From: Albugo candida
Lineage: Eukaryota
NCBI GenBank assembly: GCA_040437565.1
Contig: JBDOQK010000007.1
Coordinates: 434,001 to 498,000 of the forward strand
DNA: 64,000 nucleotides
Reading direction: 5' to 3'
Of the stretch, positions 1-13,344 are shown in pieces. Every line of letters begins with the position of its first letter. Position 1 is the stretch's first letter. A model generated the notes under the pieces. It ran no database searches. It worked only from the letters and a program-made list of their open reading frames with translations, and was not told the DNA's origin. The position numbers and the translations under genes were made by a program.

Positions 1-1882
1 ATCGAGGTTTTTGCGAGGTTATTGAGCAGGAAAGCCACGAAATTGTGAATGTGATAAATGAATTGGCTCGAGAGGATACATTCGATATATTGCAAGTAGA
101 GCACGCGATCGAGAGTATCCGCGCGCGAGTTGCGAAACATCTGTATCAGAACGTTGTCGTGCATGCGGAATTCATTCAATGTTTCGATGCAATAAAGCAG
201 TTCTTCCTTTTGTCGCGTGGAGAATTGTATCAGACGTTTATCGAAGAAAGCTTCTCCATCATGCAGACAAAGCCCTCAGTGAAGTTACAAGAAACTCTCA
301 AACACAACATTTGGAAGCAGACACTTCAAGATTTACAGCTTGATCGAGACGATTTTGCGGCGAGCATTCATTTGCGTGTGAGTCCGTGGCGATCTGCTTA
401 TCTGATTCTGACTTTGTGAATGTGTAGCTCCCTCTTCAAACGTTTTTCTTTCGACGATTTCATGTGCTGGATGGGCTTCAAATACATAATATTTCCAATG
501 AGAAGACCGGTAAATGGTTGGAAGCCAGGCAGCAGGAAGCTTTAGGACGCATTTTCGGCCTCGTATGGTGGAAGTCGGAGCAATACGAACGGTATCCTTT
601 CTCGACCAAAATTGAAATTCAAGTACCTTCGTCCAGTGAACTCGATGATATCACTCCGTGGTCATCCAAACTTTTGATTCTGCTTCAAAGTACTCCATCC
701 TTCGACGCAACAATCTTCAGCAATGAAGGTGGACTAGTATTCGAGAAAGAGTCAACTACCCGCTGTCTTGGAATCGAACTCGATCTTCGAAGGCCTGATC
801 GATGTGCGAGTGTTTTGGTCGTTCAAAGCTCCTTCCATTCCTACACCAAAAAAACGAGCAATTCAAGTCAATTTTCGCACTGGGAAAGGATGGAACAATG
901 CTGCACCGATCGTAGTGTTCATGTTGCGATGCATATGGTTTCCGAAAAGTGTCCTATTGCAACCATAGAACTCCAATATTCTCGCATCCAACTCGCAAAT
1001 GCTTCCAATAAAAATCAAATGTCATACAAAAAGGGAATTTCCATCCAAGTCAATGAGATTCCTGTCTTGGAAAGTCTCGTGGATGTAGAAGAAATACTCG
1101 ATCTGCGTCCATCAAACGATAAGTACTGGCTCGGTCTTGGTCTCGGACCTCGTCTTCGTGTGGCTGCATGGAGCTGTGAAAAGTATTCGATAAAAGCATT
1201 CAGAGAATCCAACCAAATTCTGACGAAAAATCAGACTCTTCCTCCACGGGAATTATGGAATCATTTGTGTTTGCATCCTCATATTCCATGGCCATTGCCG
1301 CTTTTGATCACCAAAGACGATCTCCAGCTATACAACAATTTGTTTCAGTTTTGCTTTCGACTCAAACGGATTGGGTACGCGCTCGAGCACACGTGGAAAA
1401 TCGATTCGTTGCGGCGTTATTCCAAACAAAAATCACTGCTTGCAATTTCAGCTTTGCGTAATCGAATGTCGTACGTCATTCAAAATATTCAGATCTACTT
1501 CCAAGTTCTGGTCATTGAAGCGAATTTTCATAAATGCCGGGAAGAGATGCAAATGTCGGATAATTTCGATCAAGTGAAAAGACTCCACGAATGCTTTCTG
1601 GCGGCGCTGATCAAGCAATGCTACATTTACTCGAGGACCATCATGACGGCTCTGGATGATATCATACAGTGCTGCTGGCACTTTGTCGACTTGATTTTAG
1701 CATGCGATCAAGCTTCATTGGATAGCGCTGAGGAACGTTATAAATTTCGATCGCTGGAAACGGAATTTGTGCAACGGCTCGATTTTTTCTGTGGGGTTTT
1801 GCAGCATTCTGGGCAAGCTCGAGATCTATCGTTCCTCCTTGAATACAACGAGTTCTTCATTCGACCTCAAGAGCGCCATTAG
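1..1882 (+). CDS. Gamma-tubulin complex component (Spc97/Spc98 family, GCP4-like), 5'-truncated by the window edge; intron 378-427
   Basis: GRIP-type motifs (FDAIKQFFLLSRGELYQTFI; IPWPLPLLIT..LQLYNNLFQFCFRLKR; QIYFQVLVIEANF; FDQVKRLHECFLAAL). A phase-0 GTGAGT...TGTAG intron joins ORFs 45-419 and 464-1882 in frame. Confidence 0.85.
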
Positions 1883-2096
1883 AGCTGCAGCGGGACATTG
1901 TGGGAACTCTCCGGATGATATGGAACGAAGGCTCATTTTCGAAACTGAAATTTATTTAAGCATCATTCAATCAATTTGGCGGAAAATTGGACGACTATGA
2001 GGACGTCTAATTACAGCTGCAATTTCCATTACTATTATTTCGACGTGCTTCCTCAGAGAGCTACACGACAACAATGATGACGTTGCCGATACAAAA

Positions 2097-2962
<866 letters not shown>

Positions 2963-3141
2963 TGCAAAGAAGTGCGCAGTGGTAAAGTTGACTGTTGAAG
3001 AATTCGATTACGGAAAATGCTATATGGATATATGGAGGATATGAATACACACAGGTTATGTTCACACGGAGCATACTAATCGAAGCAGTGACGTGCAAGA
3101 GTAAAATCAAAATGAGCAGCAACTTTAGTATGAATACACAA

Positions 3142-4209
3142 TCATGAACCCAATTCGATCTGTTTCAACTCTGCAAGAACCTGATTGCCGGCCAAAATGG
3201 GAGGGTACTTTTGTCGTGTCTCTGGCGTTGAATACGGCGCTAATGGTTGTAAAACTGCGTCAGAGGCAGAATGTGCAAACAGTGTTGAAGACACTCTCCA
3301 AAGTGACTTCTTTTGGGCTTTTCGTTCTTCGATCACTTTAAGCGTCTTTTCAGATATGATCACCTCGTGAAATCCTGCTTTGACGTATCCACCCGTGAGA
3401 TATTCCAGCTGTTTTCCTGCCTGTACCAAAAGACAGCCATCCGGAATCTGCACAGACGTTCGAGTTCCATCACGAAGCCATATATACAGTCCAGGATATC
3501 GCGATTTTCCATGCACAGTCAATAAATTCAGATCGTAATGAAATCCCGCCAGAACATCATTCAGCTGATTGTGCACGTTATAATTACTTCCAGTAGGAGC
3601 TAACAAATGTGGACCACATCGCATTATATCTGATAATGTATTGGCTTCCCAACCAAATCCCAGCCCAGCCATCTCAGCAAGATCTTGCAACGCAGACAGC
3701 ATCTTTCTTCCCCACATATCCATAGTATCTTCCCATTCGGAAAATCCGATTGGAATCACTGGCTCGGCATTCAGCTCTTCGAATTGAGTTGTATCAGGGC
3801 GAGCTCCGATTCGCCAAAAAAAGCGGCACTTCTTGTCCAAATTTGGAGGACACAACGTTACCGGTTTTTGATGCGGTTCTAGTGTTTCCACGGTCACGGA
3901 ATGATTGCGCGGTCGTTCCGTGTATTCCGGAGTGACTCCCACCTGATAGTGAAGATTTGGCCGTGCGTCTCGCTGAAAATCGGATGTTTCGTAGTACTGC
4001 TCCATCATATCTAGAAATCGGTCGTTATCGGTGGTAGAAACGCGCTAAGTAGCGAGTCAGTACGTGCAAATATGAACGATTCATACACCTACATCGTCTT
4101 TGAGACAAAGAGCGCCATACTGATGCAGCGAACTGGATACTAACTTGCAGATTCTGATATCCTTTGTCGCCTTATATTCTTGGATATCGATCACTGGTAA
4201 ATCAATCAT
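3142..4209 (-). CDS. 2-oxoglutarate/Fe(II)-dependent dioxygenase (isopenicillin N synthase-like), one intron ~4046-4090
   Basis: N-terminal MIDLPVIDI, H-x-D motif (FHYDLNLLT), distal His (AGFHEV) and R-x-S (WRVSSTLF). Confidence 0.85.
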
Positions 4210-4514
4210 TTGCTTGAATTTCTGATGTCCAATTCAATTTACAATTCAATAATTGTAGATGCGGCAAGCGGAAACATTCACGAGAAAGCGACGACTTTGA
4301 CGCTTCCTCCTGCAAAAACCACTGACACTATAATAAAATAAAATACACAAAAACTTTAAATATTATCGCCCTCCTCAAATCGCCAAAAAGAACGTTCAAA
4401 TGCGGTTGCCAAAAGACCACAATGCTCTTCAAACATTTTCCTCTTGGCTTCTATTATTATCCATCGGAAACCCCACAAAAAGCCTTTTCAAGCGACAAAA
4501 TCGGAGCATCGGCA

Positions 4515-7500
4515 ATGAGTGTCAGTATCAAAGTCTCGGTCCGCTGTCGTCCATTCACATGCGACGATAAACTCGGCGTCTTCCTCACGCAATCGAGCGA
4601 AGAACAAGGCGAAGTACAGCTCATAAATTCCACATATTCCACCACACGCTTCCCGTTCAGTTATGCTTGGTGGAGTGCCTACGGCTACCATCGCCACGTT
4701 CAGGGAAATCTGGACCAAGCGCAAGCAATGACACTCATTGATCAGGCACAAGCGTATCAAAGTGTCGGACTTAAAATCAAAGACGATTTGCTATCGGGGA
4801 ACGCTGTCGTACTCTTTGCATACGGCCTCTCAGGCTCGGGAAAAACATACACTGTCTTTGGAGTAAGTCGATTGTTGTCTTCGAGCGCTTTTGACGCGTG
4901 GAACGCATAGCCGGACGCTGTGGACACACCGGACGCGTGGTTTCGACATAAAACGCCTCATGCTCAGGTACGACTAAAGCTACCGATCGATAGAATTCAT
5001 ACGTGAAACGCTGTAGTGGGGTCTTTTCCCCCGACTCGCGTACGAGGTCTTTAACGAGAAGCAAGACGGATGGAAAATCTCTATGAAATACTTTCAGAAT
5101 GTCGTCGATACTGTTCGTGATTTAATGTCTCCGGTAGCGCAAGAGCAGCAGTATAAAGCAGGAATCAAGAAAGATTCAGATGGATTCACAGATATCGAGT
5201 GGTGTCAGTCTGTGGTGCTGAAGGATTGGAATGATCTTAGAAGGACATTTATGGCCGCAAATGCCCGAAAAGCGATTGCCCCAACGCAATTCAATCATCA
5301 ATCGACTCGGGGACATTGTATCATGACGCTAGAAGTCGAAAAACCAGACCCAGAAAGAGAAGGAATCAAGCAGAAAGGAAGAGTATATGTATGCGATCTT
5401 GCTGGCACGGAACCAGCAGGCGATATCGTCTATGCAGAATACAAGAAAATAAGCTTTGAAAATGGAGATCAAGAGTACAAATACTTGGGTCCACATTCCG
5501 ATCCTTCCAAGTCCAAAGAGCTTCAGGACCAAGGAAAAAAAATCAATCTCTCACTCACCGAAATGGCTCAATTTTTCATGAAAATGGCAGAAATGGTCAA
5601 AGCGAACAAATTGAAGCCCGGAATATCGATTCCCGGCTGTAATTCCTATTTTCTCTGCAAATATCTCAAAGACACAATGCTGCAAGCCCGAACGTACCTC
5701 TTTTGCGCAATTCGACCCGAAGTCAAATTCCATAATTATACGTTTGCAACGCTCGGATTTGCAAAGAATGCATCGGTTATCAAGCTGCAGCCAAAGAAAG
5801 CCTGTGCTGTATCGAGTCCAGCAGAGCGTAAATTGATGGCAGAACTCGAGCAAATGAAATTGTTGGTCAAAGAACTCAGACAAGAGAACGAGAAAATCGC
5901 TCAGGTACAAGACGTTTCGAAAATCGGTGACGCAGAAATACAAAATGAAAAGCTTCAAATGGAACAATTGACCGAAATGGTCGCACAAAAGCGTTTAGAA
6001 TTAGAAAATGTGCTTCTCGGTGCAGCAACAGGAGCCTCAACGGCGAAAAACGTGCAAGACGAGCTTATGCAACGCCAACGGGAAGAATATGCAAAGCGAG
6101 GCATTCATTTGTATCATTTCGAGGCGGACACCACCTCTCCGTATCTGCTGAATCTCGATGTCGATGCGTATCGAAGTAAACGCTTTATGTTCTTATTGAA
6201 TCAGCCCAAAGTCACCATCGGACCGCACGGAGATATCAAGCCAATGTCTCTCAATATCGTTGAAAATCATTGTTTTTTCCAGCTGGAAAATGGCGAAATT
6301 GAGCTCCATGCAGGCGCTGGAGACGTCATACACAACGGCACTGAACTTAGAAAGAATGAAAAACGAATTTTGAAACAATACGATCGAGTCGCAATCGCTA
6401 CCGATCTCATGCTGTTTGTGCATCCCGGCAAGGCTTCAATCGATATCGAGCCTACCGCCGATGACGCAGCTCAGGAGTACCAACGAGCTCTTCAATCAGT
6501 CGATACTACCGCCATGTTGGAGCTCCAAGAAGAAATGAAGCGATTTCAAGAAGAAAAAGCGAAATGGGAGCTTCAAAAGGCCCAGCCAGTGACCCATCAA
6601 CCGGATCACACATCCACGGAATCCAATATGGAGAAAGACTTACTCGCACGTCAAGTGAATGATCAGGAGCTTCGTGAAGTCCTTCCAAAAATCATGGAAA
6701 CGAGACAAATTGTCAGAGCATTGAATCGCGGAATGCTCGATTTTGAGACCACTCTTCAAAGCTGCACATCGTGCAGTAGCGAGCAACAAGCGCAGAATTC
6801 GATGGATCGCAGCAGTATTCCCAAAGTGAAAATTAAGGTGCAGAATAACGATACGGAAGAAATTATTTTTCTCGATGTGTTTGAGTTTGTCAAAGCCCAC
6901 GCAATGCTCAAAGACGAAGTCGCTTTCTTACGGAATGCAATTATGAACGAACGCGAGTATGCGTCGCCGCCGGGTCACGAGCCCATAACGCTTTTCTTTG
7001 ACCATTCTTTCCAAATTGGCTCGGCCACAATATTTCCAGAGTATTTGCTGTACAATCTCGAGACCGATTCCGACGATTCTCAGCTGAATGTGAAGCTTGC
7101 GATTCCACCATTCAATACGATCGGTAAGCTTCAAGTGGTTTGGACGCCTTTATCGTCACCCGACAGCGAGCGACATGAAGAGGAGCATCTGTTAGACATT
7201 GAGACACCAGACGATTTACTTGGAAATTCTTGGACGTATAAGCTTCAAATTCAAGCGATTTCGGGGCTTCCATTGATCACTGAATCAGCGTATTGTCAGT
7301 ATGAATTCCTTGGGGAGCTATTCACGACCGAGACTGTGGAGCAGCATACACGGAATCCAGTCTTTGGGTACGAATACGTGCATCATATCGAATCGGTGAC
7401 ACCAAATTTCATCGATTTCTTGCAATTTCAACGCATTGAATTTCAAGTCTTTGTCACGCCGTACATAATGAATCTTCCCAAAGACGTTATTTCAACCACA

Positions 7501-7865
7501 AACAGCGTCATCGTTGCGAATTTGGGCGATCGAGAAGGCAGCATGGAGGCTTCCGTGTCTCGCGCAGGTTGGGTTTTCGTAGATCGAAATAAAAGCTGTG
7601 CGCTGATGTGTGACTACAGACCTCGAAGATTGGTGCATGCGGCTCAAGACAGAGCTTCAGGATGCTCGAGAGGATATTCTCTTCCTCCAGAAAGCGTATC
7701 AGACAGCGACAGGAAGGTACATGAGCTCGTACAAAACTCTTTACAATATGTGATTGTGAATGTCGTAGGGAGGCACCGAGTCGATATGGAACTACTGCGA
7801 TCTCATGCACCCCAAGAAAACAGCTCACGTCCGCACTTGCCACAGATTCTCAGCTGAATTCATAA
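4515..7865 (+). CDS. Kinesin-like motor protein with coiled coil, FHA-like and C2-like domains; about five exons
   Basis: SIKVSVRCRP start, P-loop AYGLSGSGKT, NHQSTRGH, DLAGTE, INLSL and ATLGFA. The FHA-like region reads PYLLNLD...VTIG..IVENHC and the C2-like region YKLQIQAISGLP...TRNPVF. GT-AG introns at ~4863-4910, ~4968-5016, ~7568-7619 and ~7717-7768. Confidence 0.88.
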
Positions 7866-7948
7866 AAAGTCGAGTTGCACGTCGGATGTATTTTCAAAAA
7901 TCAAAAAAAAAAGCTTTCCGCCCTACAAACGCGAGAAAATGGCAATAT

Positions 7949-10852
7949 TCACACCGTGTTGGAAGAGGAAGCGGTTGTCTGAATGACATGACGCAATATC
8001 TTGACTTCCGACTCGAGACGACCGAGACGTTCCATGGCTTGTTCGAGGCTCATAGGACGTTCAAGATGGCTTGCACGGACAGCACGTCCAGCAACGAATG
8101 AGTCGCGGATGCTGGCATCCATGTCCAAAAAGGTCGATCCCATGTGGACCCGATTCTTACGGAATGCGGCTTGACGGACGTATTTCTTGCTGGTGATCCC
8201 TTGGTCGTTGAACACATTACTGTGAGCAGCTTTATCCAGCAGATAATTCAGTAAGACTTTGGCAATATCCTGGATGAAGAACCAAAGGACGCAATAAATC
8301 CAAACAAATAACGAGAGTTTTGGTGAGATCGCTTGCATTTCGGTAAACGGCCAAAAAATAGCCAACAAAGTGGACACCAATGTCGCAAAGCACGCAGCGA
8401 CAGCGAGAAGATGACCCGGAGCGCGTGAGAAGAAAAATCCATCCGTTCGAGCGGTGAAAACAGTGAGGAAATCTGACAGAGATATCTTGAGGTACATCAT
8501 CATCATGACTTCATTGTACGTGAGATTTCCAACGCCATACATTGTTAAAACTCCGGTCGGGTTCCATGAGTCGAGTCCGAGGAAGAGGAGAAGAAGGGAA
8601 CTTGCTACAGCGATTCCACCCAAACATGATGCCACACAATAAATGCGTGGGAGGTTCCATACTTCAGGGCGTTTGGATGGGACCACATTGTCGTACGCAA
8701 TTGAGATGATCGTTCCATCGTTTAAGATCGTAATGAGCACTAACGCGATCACAGGAAGCTTGAAATACGGATCCACAGCTTCCGTAGAGATATTGTGATT
8801 GAACGGACAATCTCCAACACGCGGAATGAAATGAGGGAAGCGACAGCTGTCCGGATGGAACATGAGGACCGAAATGAAGAAGAATAGAAGCAATTGGATC
8901 GTGCACGCTACTCGATACGTCACGTAATTGCGCATCCGCTGGAAGATTTTTCGGGATAATGTGATGGCGTTGATGATCACTGAGAGCCCAGGCTTGATCA
9001 AGACGATATCTGCGGCAGCTCGAGCAGCATCCGTTGAGCCTTCTACAGCGATTCCGACATCAGCTTTCTTGAGCGCAGGGGCGTCATTCACACCGTCTCC
9101 AGTCATTCCACAGATCCATCCACGCTGACGTAAAATCTCAACAATCAGAAATTTATGCTCTGGAAATACTTGAGCAAATGCATCAGCACTCTCGACAATT
9201 GCTCCGAAATCGTGTCCCAAAGTGGACGACAAACCGTCTTCGATTCTCGCAACTGGAAGCACATCAGTGCCCAAAACAGTTGTTCCCATATTGAGCATTC
9301 GACACGTTTCGACAGCGATCGCAGCTTGATCTCCAGTGATCATTTTGACATCAATTCCGTTCTCATGAGCCAATTCAATCGTTCGCTTGGTGTCGTGACG
9401 TGGTGGATCCAAAAAAGTCATAATACCGAGGAATACCCAACATCCATCCGCTGATTCATCGGTGCGACCAACAGCCAATGATCGAATTCCACGACGCGCA
9501 AGATCGAGAACTTTAGCTTCGACGGCTTCCCGAATCTCCTCGATATTGTGTGCTAATGAGAGAACAATTTGTGGCGCTCCTTTCGTCACTTTGAAAATCT
9601 TCCCCGTGGGGCCTCGAATCGTTGATTCCGTTCGTTTTACGGAAGGATCAAAAGGAGAATGATCCAGCATTGTGTATTGATCCAACGGTCTCAAATCAAT
9701 TGCATTCAGCACCAAGGTATCCAACGCATCCTTCGGAGGCTCTTTCCATTTAGCAGCCAATGCCGCACATACCAACACATCCTCACGCGTCGCTCCCGGG
9801 AAGAAAATCGGCAAATCGTCTTGTAATTCCATTTTATTCCGTGTCAGCGTACCGGTTTTGTCAGAACAGAGCATATTCATTCCAGAAAGCGTCTCGATCG
9901 ATTGCAATTGGGTCACAATGACTTTTTCCTCAGCTAATTTTCGGGACCCTAGTGCCATTGTTGAGGTACAAACCACTTGCATTGCGATTGGAATGGACGC
10001 TACGAGCAGCACGACACTGAATGCGATTGCGTCCAGGAAGGCTTCGCCATTGTAAATGAGGTAGCCCAAGCAGAATCCCACGAGAACCAAAGAAATTGCC
10101 ATGAGGAACATTGTGATCCTCAGGAGGATTTTCTGGAAATGACTCAATTCGTCCACTGAGGAAATGAGGCTCGCTGTTTTTCCAAAGAATGTTTGCGATC
10201 CGGTTGCTGTTACAACGGCTTCGACTTCACCACGAGTGACTGTGGATCCCATTTTAGCGTTATCTCCGGGGCCCATTGAAACAGGAAAGGATTCGCCAGT
10301 CAGGGCGGCTTGATCAATTTGAACTGGATTTCCCTCACATAAGTCACAGTCGGCAGGAACGGCTGATCCAGCAGATAGTGTGATGCGGTCCCCAGGGACG
10401 AGTAAGGACGCGTTGATGGTTTGATGGACACCGTCCCGAATGACGAGTGCTTCAGGTTTTAATGAAGCTTTCAAAGCCGCTACAGCGTTACCGGCTTTCA
10501 ATTCTTCATACCAACCAACGACTCCGTTGAGGATTTGGAGTACGAGTAAGACACAAAAATCAGGAATATCTCGAGTAAGTAATTCAACTAGGATCGCGAG
10601 CCAGATCATTATTGGCATGGGACCCCAAAATTGTTCAAGCAGCTTGAGCCAAATGGATTTTTCCTTGGATGCAAGTTCATTTGGCCCAAACAATTTGAGT
10701 CTTCGGGCAGCCTCTACGGTGCTTATGCCACACTCTGGCGTGTTATACAAAGATCGCTTTTCGACACCCATGTAATAGCGGTCATCGTGACCATTGGTGT
10801 CGTCCACATTAGAAGGGGCGCCAGAACGCAAGAGCGGACTCTTTTCGTTCAT
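7949..10852 (-). CDS. Plasma-membrane P3A-type H+-ATPase
   Basis: TGES, PIAM, CSDKTGTLT, KGAP, DPPRHD, MITGD and TGDGVNDAPALKKADVG motifs; 967 aa, intronless. Confidence 0.96.
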   Translation of the reverse strand: MNEKSPLLRSGAPSNVDDTNGHDDRYYMGVEKRSLYNTPECGISTVEAARRLKLFGPNELASKEKSIWLKLLEQFWGPMPIMIWLAILVELLTRDIPDFCVLLVLQILNGVVGWYEELKAGNAVAALKASLKPEALVIRDGVHQTINASLLVPGDRITLSAGSAVPADCDLCEGNPVQIDQAALTGESFPVSMGPGDNAKMGSTVTRGEVEAVVTATGSQTFFGKTASLISSVDELSHFQKILLRITMFLMAISLVLVGFCLGYLIYNGEAFLDAIAFSVVLLVASIPIAMQVVCTSTMALGSRKLAEEKVIVTQLQSIETLSGMNMLCSDKTGTLTRNKMELQDDLPIFFPGATREDVLVCAALAAKWKEPPKDALDTLVLNAIDLRPLDQYTMLDHSPFDPSVKRTESTIRGPTGKIFKVTKGAPQIVLSLAHNIEEIREAVEAKVLDLARRGIRSLAVGRTDESADGCWVFLGIMTFLDPPRHDTKRTIELAHENGIDVKMITGDQAAIAVETCRMLNMGTTVLGTDVLPVARIEDGLSSTLGHDFGAIVESADAFAQVFPEHKFLIVEILRQRGWICGMTGDGVNDAPALKKADVGIAVEGSTDAARAAADIVLIKPGLSVIINAITLSRKIFQRMRNYVTYRVACTIQLLLFFFISVLMFHPDSCRFPHFIPRVGDCPFNHNISTEAVDPYFKLPVIALVLITILNDGTIISIAYDNVVPSKRPEVWNLPRIYCVASCLGGIAVASSLLLLFLGLDSWNPTGVLTMYGVGNLTYNEVMMMMYLKISLSDFLTVFTARTDGFFFSRAPGHLLAVAACFATLVSTLLAIFWPFTEMQAISPKLSLFVWIYCVLWFFIQDIAKVLLNYLLDKAAHSNVFNDQGITSKKYVRQAAFRKNRVHMGSTFLDMDASIRDSFVAGRAVRASHLERPMSLEQAMERLGRLESEVKILRHVIQTTASSSNTV

Positions 10853-11173
10853 TAAGGATTTCGATTATGAGGGAAGTGAGCGAAAGACAGACAATTTATT
10901 TGTGTGGGTATAAATGATTGCGAGGAGGAAAGACGGTGTACCTTACGGTCCTAATTTCGAACAAGTTTTGAGGAGGGGTGAAATCGTTCTATGAAAGACC
11001 ACTAACATTCAGATAGAATGGACGGTCGCTACGCTTAAGCGGATCCTTTCAACCAGCTTATTAGCCAATCAGTAAGAGATGTTTGCTTGGTATTAGGAAA
11101 CATGAGTAATGATCTAGAATGTACGACATATGATTCCGACGAATTCCACGATTCGCATTCAGGTCACGAGACA

Positions 11174-12756
11174 GCACCATGTAAAGAAACAATACTTGGA
11201 TTTTGTTTGTGTACCGATTCGCTAGTCCATACAATCGATTTTAACGGTTAATAAGGTTCATAAGCAATCGGTTAACCGTTCGTCCATAACAGATGTGCAG
11301 CTGCTTAGGATCCTTGCTCGCTCTGATTATATATTTCTCATGTGTTTCTCAACTTTCATGTGATGAAACGATGGGAAATCATGCGTTCAACATGCCAATA
11401 TACAATGATAAACTCCTGAAAGATAGCCAGCTGGTTGAACAGTTAGAGGCGTCATCTGCGGATTCTGACCGAGGGAAATTATACGGTAATCACGAAACTT
11501 CAATGGGGATTGCACTTATCTTGCACAAATGCATGATCGAGCTGAGAAAAAATAGGATGACTTAGAAGTTTGTGATTACATCTTACCGACACTTTCAAAA
11601 ACTGTATGGGAAAAAGAAGCTGAAAGAGTCAGGNNNNNNNNNNNNNNNNNNNNNNNNNNNNNNNNNNNNNNNNNNNNNNNNNNNNNNNNNNNNNNNNNNN
11701 NNNNNNNNNNNNNNNNNNNNNNNNNNNNNNNNNGCACCATGTAAAGAAACAATACTTGGATTTTGTTTGTGTACCGATTCGCTAGTCCATACAATCGATC
11801 CTAACGGTTAATAAGCTTCATAAGCAATCGCTTAACCGTTCGTCCATAACAGATATGCAGCTGCTTAGGATCCTTGGTCGCTCTGATTATATATTTCTCA
11901 TGTGTTTCTCAACTTTCATGTGATGAAGCGATGGGAAATCATGCGTTCAACAGGCCAATATACAATGATAAACCCCTGAAAGATAGCCAGCTGGTTGAAC
12001 AGTTAGAGGCGTCATCTGCGGATTCTGACCGTGGGAAATTATACGGTAATCACGAAACTATAATGGGGATTGCACCTATCTTGCACAAATGCATGATCGA
12101 GCTGACAAAAAATAGGATGACTTAGAAGTTTATGATTACATCTTACCGACACTTTCAAAAACTGTATGGGTAAAAGAAGCTGAAAGAGTCAGGGGCAGAT
12201 TTGAAGCATTTCGACCCCACCTAACTCAATCAACACATTCATGATCGTCGGTGGCGTGTACACCAGCTCTGCAAAGACTGACATTGCTTCCCCAGGCATG
12301 GCTCTATTGCANNNNNNNNNNNNNNNNNNNNNNNNNNNNNNNNNNNNNNNNNNNNNNNNNNNNNNNNNNNNNNNNNNNNNNNNNNNNNNNNNNNNNNNNN
12401 NNNNNNNNNNNAAAAGAAGCTGAAAGAGTCAGGGGCAGATTTGAAGCATTTCGACCCCACCTAACTCAATCAACACATTCATGATCGTCGGTGGCGTGTA
12501 CACCAGCTCTGCAAAGACTGACATTGCTTCCCCAGGCATGGCTCTATTGCACCGACTTTGTGTGGGAGAAAATGGGTCACTGAAGATTAAGAAGAAACAG
12601 CTCAATCATCAAGGGAAACTCACACACGATCGCCGTCCACGGGTAACGTTTATGGAAGACAGCGTTGGAGAACAGAGAGCTCAAGTAAACGAATGAAACC
12701 CAGGTTATATACACTAGATCTGATTGTTGTCACATCATTCATTTCAGTGTTGTAGG
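11174..12756 (+). repeat. Dispersed repeat A: two diverged copies at 11174-11633 and 11734-12193, continuing to 12756; inverted copy at 26869-27512
   Basis: Direct sequence identity, and the same short ORFs (..YNDKPLKDSQLVEQLEASSADSDRGKLYGNHET.., MIVGGVYTSSAKTD..) recur at 11293, 11874 and 12481 and on the minus strand at 27257-27631 and 26929-27141. Confidence 0.9.
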
Positions 12757-12933
12757 TGCCCCAGTCTTTTTCGATATCATCGAACGCCCTCTTCTTTCCC
12801 ACAATATGATCATGGGACTGCAATTGGCGCTTTGGCGCTACTCATACTTTACGGTATTGTCGAGAGCTTTTCGTGTACCTCATCATGACCACGATTTATC
12901 ATCCCGAGAAAGCCTGATCAGATTATACCATCA

Positions 12934-13344
12934 TCACTGAGCAGTTTGGACGGTATGTCGTCCATTTCCTCTTCTATTGGGCCTATACGCTATTGGGTTT
13001 CCGCGGTGTTTTGCTCTGTATCGTCTTGTGCGCAAATGTTTCGTAGATGCTTGGGGAAAAAGTAGTACGTACGTGCTCAATGTATCCATCCATTGTGGAT
13101 ACAATCGGCCCCATACATCCACAGCAAATTCATACAAGTCAAAGGTCTTGCGAGGACCGTGCAAACTCATCAAGTATGCAGCATCCCTCAGGCTGTTAAA
13201 TGCTGCAACTTTATCCATTACGACATTATATGCGCACAAATCATAGCGTAAGACGTGCGAGGAAGCATCCAGTGGTGGAGCTTCCGTGATATCTCTGATA
13301 GAAAGCGTCACACAAGCAGCACAAGATACGCTTGGAAGTTGCAT
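12934..13344 (-). pseudogene. Lineage-specific ORF or decayed gene, possibly secreted
   Basis: 136-aa ATG ORF with a weakly signal-like start (MQLPSVSCAACVTLSIRDITEA). Protein-like text continues in another frame with stops. No family recognised. Confidence 0.3.

Noticed and set aside
7949..10855. Many antisense and alternate-frame ORFs over long genes (here and throughout)
   Set aside because: Shadow ORFs of real coding sequence with no independent motifs.
11470..11510. GNHE (metallophosphoesterase-like) motif in the repeat A ORF
   Set aside because: None of the other required motifs (DxH, GDxxD) is visible; probably chance.
12174..12551. Exact 138-bp duplication around gap 12312-12411
   Set aside because: Identical contig-end overlap across a 100-N placeholder; assembly artefact.
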